In this document: positions 12,946-24,766 of the stretch, in pieces
Position numbering within the stretch: the first letter of the stretch is position 1
Layout: each line of letters begins with the position of its first letter
Source of the DNA: the human T2T-CHM13v2.0 reference genome, Homo sapiens
DNA length: 64,000 bases
Direction: 5' to 3' (one strand)
Assembly (NCBI RefSeq): GCF_009914755.1
Contig: NC_060947.1
Position numbers and translations under genes: made by a program
Notes under the pieces: generated by a model
What the model was told of the DNA's origin: nothing
What the model saw: only the letters and a program-made list of their open reading frames with translations
The model's database searches: none

Positions 12946-13904
12946 CTTGCAAATGTTTGTCTTTGGGACCTTATCTTTCTAAAATCTCCTCTCTTTTTAG
13001 CTCTCCCAACTTACTCAGGCAACCAAGAAAATTTCTCTACAGATATTGAATGGCCAACTCGATGAGGGAATTGTAACGAAATGATTCTAACATACTTTGA
13101 ATTTTAACGAGCTACTCAAGATGATACTCCCCTGAAAAGAAGGGAGAGCATATGGGCCAGTGAACAGAGCCCTGAGTGGCCACTGACAACCTCAAGCAGC
13201 AGCTACTCAATTCTGGGGACTTGCTTCTTTGGTCCCAGGGCATCACATAACTCATAGGATACCATCAAGCCCCATTTCTTCAGACATGGTTTCCTGTATT
13301 TGATTTTGGGTCTTATTCTACTCTAAGACATTTTCCTTATTATTTTTAATATCCTCTCAAATTCAGAAAGCTCTTACTTTCCTGACCTTGTCATAATTAA
13401 CAATAGCTATTTCTTGCTTATGAGTTGTTACCTACAATTTCACATAATTTTTCTGACAGGCTGACAGGCTGACTAATTAACAAGGTTTGACCACCCTCTC
13501 AAATCAGTTGGCAAGGCTTTGGGCTTTGACACTGAAAAAGTTCTTTGAAGCTTAGTTACCATTCTTACCTGCTATATGTGAATAATAAATGCAGAGTTGC
13601 TGCATGTAGAAGTTTGTCTTCATCATGTGCTTCAGCATTCAAAGATATCTTGACGCTCTCTTTAAGGGATTATCTGACAGGGATTAGATGCAATTTTAAC
13701 TCCTGTCCCATAGATAAACACCTACTTAGAGCATTATCATTAAATAATTTTCACAAAGAACAAGTAATTTTTAAAAGATACTATTCAAAACATATTATTA
13801 ACCAGAGAAGTCTTTCCAAGAAGGCCTTAACCTGATTATTTGGAGACCACATTTTCTTAATGTATGTGTCCATTTTACCCACACTTCCAGTAATAAAGAT
13901 ACTC

Positions 13905-13957
13905 GCTCTCTGTATCTCTCTCTCTCTCACTCACACACACACACACACACACACACA
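13905..13957 (+). repeat. (CT)n(CA)n compound microsatellite
   Basis: Seen directly. Confidence 0.9.
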
Positions 13958-14029
13958 ATCACATGCACACATTATACACCCTTAGGCAGAAAGAACAAGC
14001 AGAGGGAAAAAAGAGTATATGAGTCTTCA

Positions 14030-14262
14030 GTTCTCATCATTTAGCTCCCACACAGAGGGGAACAACAGACACTGGGGTATATTGCAGGGTGGAGTGTAGG
14101 AGGAGGGAGAACATCAGGAAAAATAACTAATGGGCACTAGGCTTAAAACCTGTGTGATGAAATAATCTGTACAACAAACCCCCATGACACAAGTTTACCT
14201 ATATAACAAACCTGTGCATGTACCCCTAAACTTAAAATAAAAGTTAAATTTAAAAAAAAAAA
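14030..14262 (+). mobile_element. Short 5'-truncated L1PA (L1PA13-16-like) 3' end with a ~22-bp inverted 5' tip
   Basis: acagaggggaacaacagacactgggg..aactaatgggcactaggcttaa..cttaaaataaaagtt plus A tail. 14030-14051 (gttctcatcatttagctcccac) is the reverse complement of the upstream L1 sequence. Confidence 0.85.
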
Positions 14263-14329
14263 GGTTTCAGTTAAGAAGTATGGTTGGAAATGAAGTTTTC
14301 TGCTCAACTCAACTATCTGGTTAGGGAGG

Positions 14330-14540
14330 TAGTGAAGCATAGCAGAAAGAATACTGGAGTTTAGAGTCAAAACAGAGGATTAAGTTCCCTTTACACCAGT
14401 TACTATATGTGTGACCTTGAGTCATAATCTCTCTGATTCACAATTTCCTCATGTGAAAAATCAGTATAGAAATGCTTATGTTACAGAGCCATTGAAATAA
14501 TTGGAATAAAACCATAAAATCTTTGTAAAATCTAAGTGTC
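14330..14540 (+). mobile_element. MIR SINE
   Basis: tgtgtgaccttgagtca..ctctctga..aatttcctcatgtgaaaaat. Confidence 0.7.
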
Positions 14541-14644
14541 CTGTGACATTTAAATATTCTATAATTCTGTAAGGGAATATCAGAGAATTATAAATTTATG
14601 TCCTGGAACTACCCAGGTAAGAGCTTTCAATTAGGATATCTGTT

Positions 14645-15436
14645 GTTATGAGCACAGAGTTGCGCGATCCAGATTCCCCTTCAACAAAAGACTTATTGTC
14701 CCTGTTACTGGAAGTGTGGTAAGCAGATAGCCTTCAGCTTTAACCTCCTGAGACTGCTTCACCTGCACAAGAGCTGCCTTATGCTCTTCCCATGGAGGTA
14801 TAAGGGAGGAAAAATAATTTTCTCTTTACCCTCTAGAGTTCTTAGTCGGGACAGACTCCTGTAATGAAAGACAGATTAACAAAAGGAAAGCAAACACAAG
14901 TTTATTAACTTATACATTTCATGTATACATGAGAAAAAAAAAGCAGAGAAATTAGTAAATTTTAAAGAGTTGTCTTAGACCTAAGGCTTAAATACAGCAG
15001 TTCTCTGAAACAGGGAAAAAAGGGTATGGAAAAGGCCTGGTTAAGACCAGAAGGCCAAATAAAAAAAAAAAAAAAGCACTGTTAAATAAAGGTAAGATTG
15101 ATTATGCGGATTTGAGTCCATGCCTTCTCCACTGATCAAGAGTCTCTAGTGATTTGGTCATCCCTTTCTTCTTGGCACAAAGAGGGAGACACCATTACAA
15201 AATAAGATTTCCTTTATAGATGTAAATTTCTCTTACAAAATGGTAACTTTGCAGAGCTTCTCCTGTGTCTGCAGTTTCTGAAAATAACCAGCTCAATAAT
15301 CCTTATGCAAAAGAGGCATAATTTGGAGTGGCATATTCTGGTCTCCAACAGTTATATTTTGGGATGGCATGTCCTTAACCCTATCAGAGGCCCACATTTA
15401 ATACGTGATTGAGGCCAAGATATGAAGGCCCAGCAT
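14645..15436 (+). mobile_element. LTR16-like (ERVL) LTR fragment, split by a MER34-like LTR
   Basis: ccagattccccttca..aagacttatt..cagatagccttcagct..gagctgcc, resuming at 15387 with gcccacatttaat..tgaaggcccagc. Confidence 0.6.
14799..15386 (-). mobile_element. MER34-like ERV1 solo LTR
   Basis: The minus strand begins tgatagggttaaggacatgccatcccaaaatat..gcataaggattattgagctg, as in the MER34 group. Flanked by 4-bp TSD GAGG (14795-14798 and 15387-15390). Confidence 0.75.
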
Positions 15437-15459
15437 AAAAGCAGGGAGAAAAGTTAAGG

Positions 15460-15830
15460 TGCTCCAGTAGTTGTCCAGGAGAGAGATGATGGACACTTGG
15501 CCTAGAATAGTGCCAGTTGAGACAGAGAAAAATAGGTACATATATTGAGAATATGCTTTGGATGTAGATTCAATAGGACTCTAGGATGAGAGAAAGAATG
15601 GAGTAAATGATATGCCATAGGTTTTTGGCAAGGTATGTAGTGAAGATTTTTTTTAGGCCATATTAATTTTGAGATGCCTAATAGACATCTAGGTAGAAAT
15701 TTAAAGGAGATAGGTAGATATATGAGGTTGGAACTCAGAGGAGAAATAAGGGCAAAAATGTAGATTTAGGAATAATCTGTATGAGGACATGGGACTAGAT
15801 GAGATCATGTCCCTAGAATATGGGAAGCCA
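15460..15830 (-). mobile_element. L2 LINE fragment
   Basis: gtccaggagagagatgatgg..tttgagatgcctaatagacatctaggtagaaat..ggaactcagaggaga. Confidence 0.7.
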
Positions 15831-15999
15831 GTTCTTTGTCACTTAGTTATGGAGAACAGTGTTTGTTAATTTCACTCCTATAATAGTGTAGGAGTCAACA
15901 CTTCATTGACTGTATGACTTAAATCCAGCAACCAGACCATTTAGAAAGAGTCCTCATTAAAATGAAGGGATTTTTGGTTGTGCTATTGCATACTTTAAC

Positions 16000-16440
16000 C
16001 TAATAATTACAGAGTTCCTACTATGTGCTAAGGAATTTGTATGCATTATATTATCTTTAATCCTTAACACATGTAAATGAACACTACTATTATCCTGATG
16101 TCACAGATGAAGAAACCAAGGTTCAGGGAAGTGAAGCAATTTTCTCCAGATTACACAGTTAGTAAATTATGGAGTTGATTTCCTCCACGTTTAACCTCCA
16201 CTTGCAGTGCATGATAATACCCAGTAATAGCAGCCATTAATGGATCACCTAGTAGGTCCAAGTCCTGAGATAAAGTGCTTTATATGGCTTATCTCATTCT
16301 AATAAAAATCTACTTATTATCCCTATTTTACAGATGATAAAACCTGTCCTTAGAGATGCTAAGTAACTTAGCCAAAATCTTATAGCTCGTGAGTGACAGA
16401 GTGGGGTTTCAAATACACATTTGTCTGAATCAAGAACTTT
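16000..16440 (-). mobile_element. Two adjacent MIR SINEs
   Basis: Repeated antisense MIR core acagatgaagaaaccaaggttcagggaagtgaagcaat and ttacagatgataaaac..agagatgctaagtaacttagcc. Confidence 0.75.
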
Positions 16441-18088
16441 CATCTCCTCTGGCCTTAGCTGAGTAGAAAAGGAAAAAAAATTCCCCTAGAAGGTGATATA
16501 AATCTCCCCAAATGACAAGCAGATGGAAAGCATAACATTAAAAATGATTGGTATTAAGAAAATAAATTTCATTGGAAATAAGAAGTTCAAGGTGATTATT
16601 AAAAATCAACAAGACATTGGGAAAGCATCTTTTGAATTACTTTTTAAAGCGGTCATCTTTAAATAAGCAATGGTAAAAATATGAATCTAATCTTGCTTCT
16701 AAATCTAAATGTTTTGTGACCATGAAGCAGAGTGAACATCACCAACCAACATAAGATTGGACCCATGGCCTTGGCTTCTGAGGACAGAATTCTCAAGCAC
16801 TTAGTGGACTTGAAGATTCTTCTCTTAGTCATGAGAAGCCCAGGAGATGTTCTAAAGCTGAGGAGATTTATTTGATTGGTTCCTATATCCCTCAACATAA
16901 CATCAACATATAAGTATACCTGTAGTTTCTCTTCTTCTATCACTCATTCTTTCGGCTCCCAAGGAAGAGGTTTATAAACATGTCATAAATATATCTAATC
17001 TTAACAGGCATTATCCACAACATGTTAACAGTTGCTCTGGAGACACCAAATTGTTTTTGGACATTTTGAAAGAGGCTTGTGTGTAGAACTTACTGTGGAC
17101 AAATTTATCTCTGGAGGTTTTTAAGATATTTAATTGATCTGCTTGATTTTCTCCAACACTTAGCACAGAGTCTGAAACTTACTAGACACAATTATTTGTT
17201 GATTTAATAAATGAGACTTCAATATCTCAAGGCAAAACAGTGTTCAGTAGTGTGAATTTTAAGGCATTGCGACAAGCTTGTTGTTTTTAAACCAGATATT
17301 TCTCCTTGATGTAGTGAGGCCGTCCTCTGGAATAAGGCTCAAGCCCAAGGTAAAACAAATCTTATTGCCTGTGATCCTTTCAAAAACACAGTTCTGAAAG
17401 GCTCAGTACAGAATTTGGTGAATATTGAATAGATGAAAATAAAGTCTAAAGCTTTTCACAAGGCAGGCATGTGTTAGTCAAAAGGGAAGGGGGATATGTA
17501 TAGAATCTGTATCTACTTGGTTTTGTTATTTTAAGCTGTTGCCAGTCACTGATTTTAGGTGTTTGACTTAAAATATTTTAAGGGAGTGTGAATACTGAGC
17601 TATGATTATTTCCCCAGAGAGGAGAAAGCCTTTATTCTCTGTAGCTATTACTGTACACCTCAGGTACTAGTGATGGGGACATTAAGCTGACCCATGTGTG
17701 TAGCTCACCACATTCCCTCAGGGTAATGCTACGAAGATACATCTAAATATTACTTCTCACCTAAATGTGTGTGTGTGTATATGGGGGGATGGGGAAGTAA
17801 CGATGGTTCAGTTCAGTGGCACTTACTCCTCTTCTGTCATCACTATCAAGTAAATTGAAATGCTCCTAGTATGTATACTTTGAGAGTGCTCCAGATTGGA
17901 AGATGCCATTTGACTCATTTCAAGTCACCTGCCTTTTTAATCATACGACAATTATACCAAATTTGACATTAGCATGACAATTAAATGTTTTAAAGTATTT
18001 AGGAGCTTTATATTTATATTAAATATGTATTCAGTAGAAGCACAATAAATAAGGTTCATTTTTATAAGCTGAATTAAAAGTCAATAAA

Positions 18089-18121
<33 letters not shown>
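18089..18121 (+). repeat. (AAT)11 trinucleotide microsatellite
   Basis: Seen directly. Confidence 0.95.
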
Positions 18122-18122
<1 letters not shown>

Positions 18123-18329
18123 GAAGCATCAGAGACTGCCTAGGATTTTCAAACTACCAGTTCAGCCAAACATCATGTCCTGTCGGCAAGTGTACATCTA
18201 AGTACATAGGAGTTGTCAGACAGGAGCTAGAATGTGTTTCTCAGCAGGAATTTTTCTGTCTTCTGTCATTTTCATTCTGGGTGTTATAAATGGTATGTGT
18301 TGTTGTATTTCAGTTATTATCTTTCAATT

Positions 18330-18740
18330 ATAGAGTCTGAGAGTACATAGGATTCTTTGAGGTTATCTCTTCCAGCTTCTCTCCCAATAAAGTTATCCTT
18401 TTAATAATATTCACAGCAGCCATTTAGACTGAATGTGTCCAGTGACAGGAACCTCATTCTTAAAAAGCAGACTGTTCTGTTGTTGAAAAGTGCTGAGTTT
18501 CAGAAAAGGTGTTTGACTTAAAGTATTTCTGTGTTAGGTAAAATCTCTTTCCTTATAATTAACCATCGCTAATGTATTTACTCTCTTGAGTCATATTGGG
18601 TAAATCTAATCCTTTTCTACATGATGACTATAGACATTTTTGAATACATCTACCACTGTCCACCCACCAATGACCAACCTCACCCCCACTAATCTCTTCT
18701 CAAGTTTTAAAACCTCTAGTTCCCTCATCTGTTTGTCTGT
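18330..18740 (-). mobile_element. L3/CR1 LINE relic
   Basis: tccagtgacaggaacctcatt..aagcag..ttctgttgttgaaaagtgctgagtt..aatctaatccttttctacatga resembles the antisense L3 3' region. Confidence 0.55.
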
Positions 18741-18894
18741 CCCTCATGTGAGTCTGTTTTAAAACCTTCTGTCTTTGTGACTACATAGACCTAGTTCAAG
18801 TACTGGTTGCTTATGATGTGACCTGTAAAATGGGGGAAGTTATTTCAACCTCATGAGATCTTATGAGAATTAAATTGACAGATAATCCTTTTTT

Positions 18895-19128
18895 TAATAT
18901 TATTGGTCAAACATTATTCTATGTGTCTTACACATATTAACTCATTTAATTTTAATAACAGTCCTATGAGGTAGTTGCTATTATTATTTTCCCAATTTAT
19001 ACACAAGAATATTGAGGCAATAAACATTTATTCAAGGTCACATAACTAATTGGTGGCAGAGTAAGGATTTGAACCCAGGCAGTCTGGCTCTAGAGTCTTG
19101 ACCTTTAATCACTATGCTGTACTACCTT
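18895..19128 (-). mobile_element. MIR SINE
   Basis: caaggtcacataactaattggtggcagagtaaggatttgaacccaggcagtctggctctagagtc. Confidence 0.85.
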
Positions 19129-19316
19129 TATTAAGTGAGGTAACACACACACACACGTATATATATATACATATATAAATGCATATATTTGGAAAATGGA
19201 AAAACTGTTTTAAAAAATCCTAAATTTTTAATTTAGGCCTGATACTACAGATGTAATCAAATAATCTTAGAGGGGCAGTTTTTTTCAGTTCTGGGACCAG
19301 GTTTCATTTGGACACT

Positions 19317-19594
19317 TTGTAGACTAGATGAATCTAAGTAAATCCTTCTGTCTGTGATGCCCACATGAAGATCCTCCCCTAAGATATAGTGACCCATTCA
19401 TTTATCCAACATTTATTGAGCACTACTACAAATTAGGCACAGTGTCATCTGTTGTGGACTAGATGTATGCAAGTAAATCCTCTTGTCTTTGATGGCCACA
19501 TGAAGGACCTTCCCTAAGTTATAGTGACCCATTCATTTATCCAACATTTATTTGAGCACTGCTAAAAATTAGGCATGGTGTCATCTGTTGTGGA
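19317..19594. repeat. Tandem duplication, 2 x ~135 bp
   Basis: 19317-19451 and 19452-19587 align throughout (gactagatg..agtaaatcc..ccacatgaag..tagtgacccattcatttatccaacattta..ttaggca..gtgtcatctgttgtgga). Confidence 0.95.
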
Positions 19595-20050
19595 TACAAT
19601 AGATCATGACCAAACAGATATAGCTCCTGTCTTCATGGAGCCTAGAATCCAGGTGAAAGACAGACATTAAACAAATAAACACAACAATACACGTATGATT
19701 ACTAATAGTAAGGCATTTTGAAGGAAAATAATAGGATGTAATAAGAAACAATAGCACAGGGAAGTTATTCTAAAATTGGGCCAGTGGGTGGCTAAGGAAA
19801 AGCTTGTCCATGGAAATAAATCAGAGACTCAAAGGGTGAATTGAAGTTAGCCAAGGAAAATGTTGGGATACAGCATTCGAGAAGGATTTAAAAATATTTT
19901 GAAGGCCCTGAAGAGAAGAAGAACTTTACCTGGTCAAGGACCTAAAAGAAAAAGAAGGCCATTGTGGCTGAGAAATAGTGAAGGGGAACCAGAATGACTC
20001 TAAATGAAGTTGGAAGATTAGGCTGGAGCTACATAGCACCAGGCGATTGT
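19396..20050 (-). mobile_element. L2 LINE 3' portion (its tail is duplicated)
   Basis: cattcatttatccaacatttattgagcact..cctgtcttcatggagcctaga..agacagacattaaacaaataa. Confidence 0.8.
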
Positions 20051-20529
20051 GCTGAACTGATGCTGCTATTAGGAGTCAGCAGAACAATGTTGCAGAATTG
20101 TAGTTGGTGTTTTGGATGGTATCTTGAGAGGAGGCAGCTCAAAAGCATACAGCAAGGAGACTCCAGAGACTCCACCAGTTGCTGTTATAACTCACCTGAG
20201 GCTTATATACTAACATGCAATTAGCCTATAAATACTGATAAAACCTTCTTATTAATATCACCACTAACCTGTTATCTACATCTACAACTCCCACCTCAGG
20301 TTACCATTTTGTGCCTAGTTTGTGCCCTCGCATCTTCCCCAGATATTGTTTATAATCAGAGATCATCTATACATAAGTATTGAAGAAAAGGCTATTCAGT
20401 GTGATTTGCACAAGTAGCATTCACCCCTAGATATGGGACTGGAATCTATATACTGAGAGTAGGGTTGGTAATTATTATAGCCACGTGCCGCCTTTTTTCT
20501 GCCAGTAACGATAACATCAAGCCTCAAAG

Positions 20530-20770
20530 TTGAGCTCTGGAGTCACACTGACATGGCATGATTTCATAACTATGGATTAACTCTGCTACTAATTATCTGT
20601 GACCTTAAACAAATAAGTTAACCTCTCAGCCTTAGTTTCTGCATTTGAAATGTGAAACTAATGATACTTATCTAAAAAGATGGTTGTGAGAATTAAATTA
20701 AGATACTTAATATGTGGGAAAGAACCTGACACAATGCCTGATGGGCAGTAGATACTAAATAAATGATAAA
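20530..20770 (+). mobile_element. MIR SINE
   Basis: ctgtgaccttaaacaaataagttaacctctcagccttagtttctgcatttgaaatg..gttgtgagaattaaat. Confidence 0.75.
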
Positions 20771-21044
20771 TTTATTTCTTTATGATATACAACAGAGTGT
20801 TTCTTTTCTACAAAGTCACCATAGGGTGATCCTTCACATCCAAATTTATTTCATTTATGTTATATTATACTTGGACATAGATATATTGTTTGGGTTTTAC
20901 TAACCTCAATTCTACAGTATTTTTATGGAACCATAGTACTAGCATCTGAAAGGAGCCTTAGAAAACTATTTTTATCCTCATCCTTTTAGTAGAAATAGTG
21001 ATAAAGGTTCCTAATCCTGAAACATATACAACACATGCAGACAT

Positions 21045-21255
21045 TCATTCATACAGGTAGCAAAATGCTAATTAATCTCTTTGTGCCACGTTCTGTGCTA
21101 GGTCCTGGAGATACAGATATTACTAAGCATAATCCATATCCGCAAGAAGTTCATTGCCCAAAGGGTATGACAGATATGTGTGGAACTAACTATATTAAAA
21201 GACAGGCTCAGGTGTTTGGTGGGAGCACAGAGGAAGAAATGAAATCTGCCTGTGG
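21045..21255 (-). mobile_element. L2 LINE 3' fragment
   Basis: cattcattca..tgtgccacgttctgtgctaggtcctggagatacag. Confidence 0.7.
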
Positions 21256-22409
21256 ATGTGGTCACAACAACTAGCCCTTTTATTATGTGTATCTGACTTT
21301 AGTATGTATGCTAACATTTCCAGACTCACTTGCTTCACAGCAACTTAAAACTTGCATTTTATCTTCTAACTGCTGAACTCATTCTTATTTGGAGCTTATT
21401 TTTCTCAGAACAATCAATCAAGTCTTTCCTTACTATCCACTCTGTGCTAGGGCTTGTGAGGGATAAAGGAGAAGCAGATTATTTGTCCCCACCCTCAAGG
21501 TGCCTGAAGTCCAGACAGTTGAGAGTGAAAAGACCCCCAACAATAAACTACTATTTACTACAGAGCTGCCTCTGAATATGTTCAGAGAAGAGAGCTCAGG
21601 GTGAGTTGGAAGAATTAGAAAAAAAAAAATCAATGTTCCGGCAGATTCAAACAGCAGTTCAGGCTTTTAAAAACTGCCTACATACAAATATTTAGAGATT
21701 CATTTAAATATTCTCCACTGCATAATAACTCAAAAGAGAAAAACAAGTTCAGTGTAACAGTATCTCTCCCAATGCTTGTTAATCTGAATTTATAGCACAT
21801 TGATCTAGGAGTGCCTTATTTAAATTCTGTTAAAAATCTTAGTTGTAATATTCCTAGCTGGTCCAAAGACAGGGTAGGCTAAGCATGTATTAGTGAAGAC
21901 AATAGACAAACAGATTCTCAAAGCTGTATACATTTCAGCATAGGAGGAACCTGACATAAGAAAAAAACAGGGATGCAATGAAATTCTTTGAAGCCTTGCT
22001 TTTTGTTAGATGAACCTTTGAAAAGGGTGTTTTGAATTTTTGAGGTGCACACACATTTTATGTCAGAGAAATATCACAGGAAGGTATGTTTGGAAAGAAG
22101 CTGATGGGGAGTGAGAAATGAGGATTGCTGCTGTAAGGCATTAATGAGTTGGAAGAAGGTCAACAACCCATTTTGAAGTAAATCTATTATCTGAGTTCAG
22201 AATGGTCCCAGGAGGAACTTGTACTGACACACCCAAAATTCCCTCTCTAGCCTAGAGAGATGGAAAACAGAGGAAGATAAATCTGATGGTGGTTTTCCGG
22301 GTACTTCTTACTCCTAAGTATGATGAATGGAAGTTTTAGACCCTTTGGTTTGTATGGAAGATTTTAAATATAAACATGGTCAATGGCAAATGTGCTTAGA
22401 GGTGATAAG

Positions 22410-22530
22410 TTTATTTTTAAAATTTTTATAGATTTAGTGGGTACAAGTGCAATTTTGTTACATGGATATATTGTGTAATGGTGAAGTCTGGGATTTTAGT
22501 GTAACCATCACCCAAATAGTGTACATCGTA
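22410..22530 (-). mobile_element. Very short L1PB-type 3' end insertion with TSD
   Basis: gggtacaagtgcaattttgttacatggatatattgtgtaatggtgaagtctggg..ccatcacccaaatagtgtacat. TSD aggtgataa at 22400-22408 and 22534-22542. Confidence 0.8.
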
Positions 22531-22659
22531 AAAAGGTGATAATTTTTATTAGATTTCAAAAAAACATAAATAATTGAAAAGTTATCCAAGCTAGTCATTT
22601 AAAATCCATTGAGATATTATTTTCTACCTTTCCTTAAAATTAGTCCTATCTCCTTGGCC

Positions 22660-22785
22660 TAGCATTTCTCCAACTTCAGTGTACATCAGAAACACCTGGA
22701 GAAATTGTATAGCCTGCAGATTCTTGCTCCCCCCTCAGAGATTCTGATTCAGTTGGTATGTGGTGTGGCCCAGGGATCTGCAGGT
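22660..22785. mobile_element. MER5A (hAT-Charlie) fragment
   Basis: ttctccaacttcagtgtacatcagaaacacctggaga..cagagattctgattcagttggtatg..ggcccagggatctgca. Confidence 0.8.
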
Positions 22786-23109
22786 CAGGAAAACCTAGTG
22801 CAATAATAACAGGAAAAAAGCTTTTCATTTCATCTTAAAAACTGTATTTATTATTGTCTGTAATGGAATTGAATTAAAAAGCAAACTGGTCCTATATTTT
22901 AAAAGGCTTTCTTTCTTTAGTAGGAGCTTACATGGCCTTTGGAAAATCTTATAACTGCAATTTGGGCCAGACTTGCATTTATTGCTTTATCAAACAACAA
23001 AACAATAACTAATTATTATATAGTTCATAATGGCTTATATTTAAATATTATCTTCTAATGAATATCCTTCTTTTATTATGATTATAGATTTATTTCCCAA
23101 TTCAGAAAA

Positions 23110-23270
23110 AGCGTTATCCATTTTACAAATATAACTCTATTACAAGTAGAATTAAAAAATACAGAGAAGTTAAGTGATTAGCCTAAAGTCACACAGGAAC
23201 CACCAAAGAGAGAAGGTGAGAATCTATATTTTCGGAATCACAATGCAGTATTCTGTTAGGCAACGCTGCT
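23110..23270 (-). mobile_element. MIR SINE
   Basis: cagagaagttaagtgattagcctaaagtcacacag. Confidence 0.6.
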
Positions 23271-23977
23271 TTCAAACTAGAAAATATAGATGGGAGTTTT
23301 TAGGAATTGACATTTGAGCCACAGATACTAAACTGTTTCCCTACCTCACTCTGCCAACTTTCATTTCCCCTTATCCCTACCTACCCTACCTCATCTACTT
23401 CATCCTGAAGTTCCTTTCCCATAGTTACATATGTTCCTTAAGAATTTATGTTGTTACTAAAAATTTGTGAAATGTCAGAAAGTTGATCTCTTAATGCCAT
23501 GAAGTTGTGCTGATCACCATTTGATATCAGATCTATTCCTGGCCCTAATGAATACAGTTTTATCTTATCATTTTGTGACTTGGGTGTGAATAGGCCCAAA
23601 GGTGTGCACTGAGCACTGAGCATGCATCCCAGGATCCCACTCATAATTAAAGAAGCTAGGTGGCTTCACAAAGTCAGCTTTCTTTGGCCATTCTACATAT
23701 GGCAGGTTCAGGAATGGCACCTAAATTGCTGAAACCATCGAGTACAGAATCTCTGTGAAAGTTTACTTTCTCTGTTCAGGCCAGACCATGTCAGCAGAAT
23801 TCCTTTATTTTGCTGCAGTTTGTGTGTCTGGGGAGGGAGGAGGTGGGATGAGGTGGGGATGGGAGGAGTATTCTCCAGGTGCTAAGTGTGCCTTTTGCTC
23901 CTTTTGCAAATAGACTTGCAGGCTGCCCTGGGGGAGCTGCTTTTATGCCATGGTGCATTGGTATTGTACCCATTTCA

Positions 23978-24055
23978 TTTTTTTTCTTTTTCTTTTTTTA
24001 TTATACTTTAAGTTTTAGGGTACATGTGCACAACGTGCAGGTTAGTTAAATATGT
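23978..24055 (-). mobile_element. Extremely truncated young L1PA (L1PA2-4-like) 3' tip with T-rich tail
   Basis: ttattatactttaagttttagggtacatgtgcacaacgtgcaggttagtta is the antisense 3' terminus of young primate L1. Confidence 0.85.
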
Positions 24056-24461
24056 TCAAAAATGAAGAGACCCAGCTTGCTTACCATAGCTCAAAAAAGA
24101 GATTAGTCAATGAAGCTTGGGAAAATCATGACTTGCCAAATCCTTCCTAACTTTTACAGTCTGCTGTCTGCTGTGTATGTTGTCTAGATACCAAATAGAC
24201 AGGGGCCTTTGTATCCTTGGCATGGCTGTTGTTAAAAGATAATTTTACAAAAAAAAATTGTAAAATTAAGACTGTCATACAGATATAAAAATGAACAAAC
24301 ACTAAAGATTTTGTTTAACTCAATAATGAGGAAACGTGTGGGGTGTTATAAACAGTCAAAGGGAGAATTCCCAAGAAAAAAGAAAGACACATTTATAAAT
24401 TAGAAAGATTGAAATGAATGTGGAAATGGAAGCACACTGGCTTCTTTCAAAGTTGAGCAGG

Positions 24462-24766
<305 letters not shown>

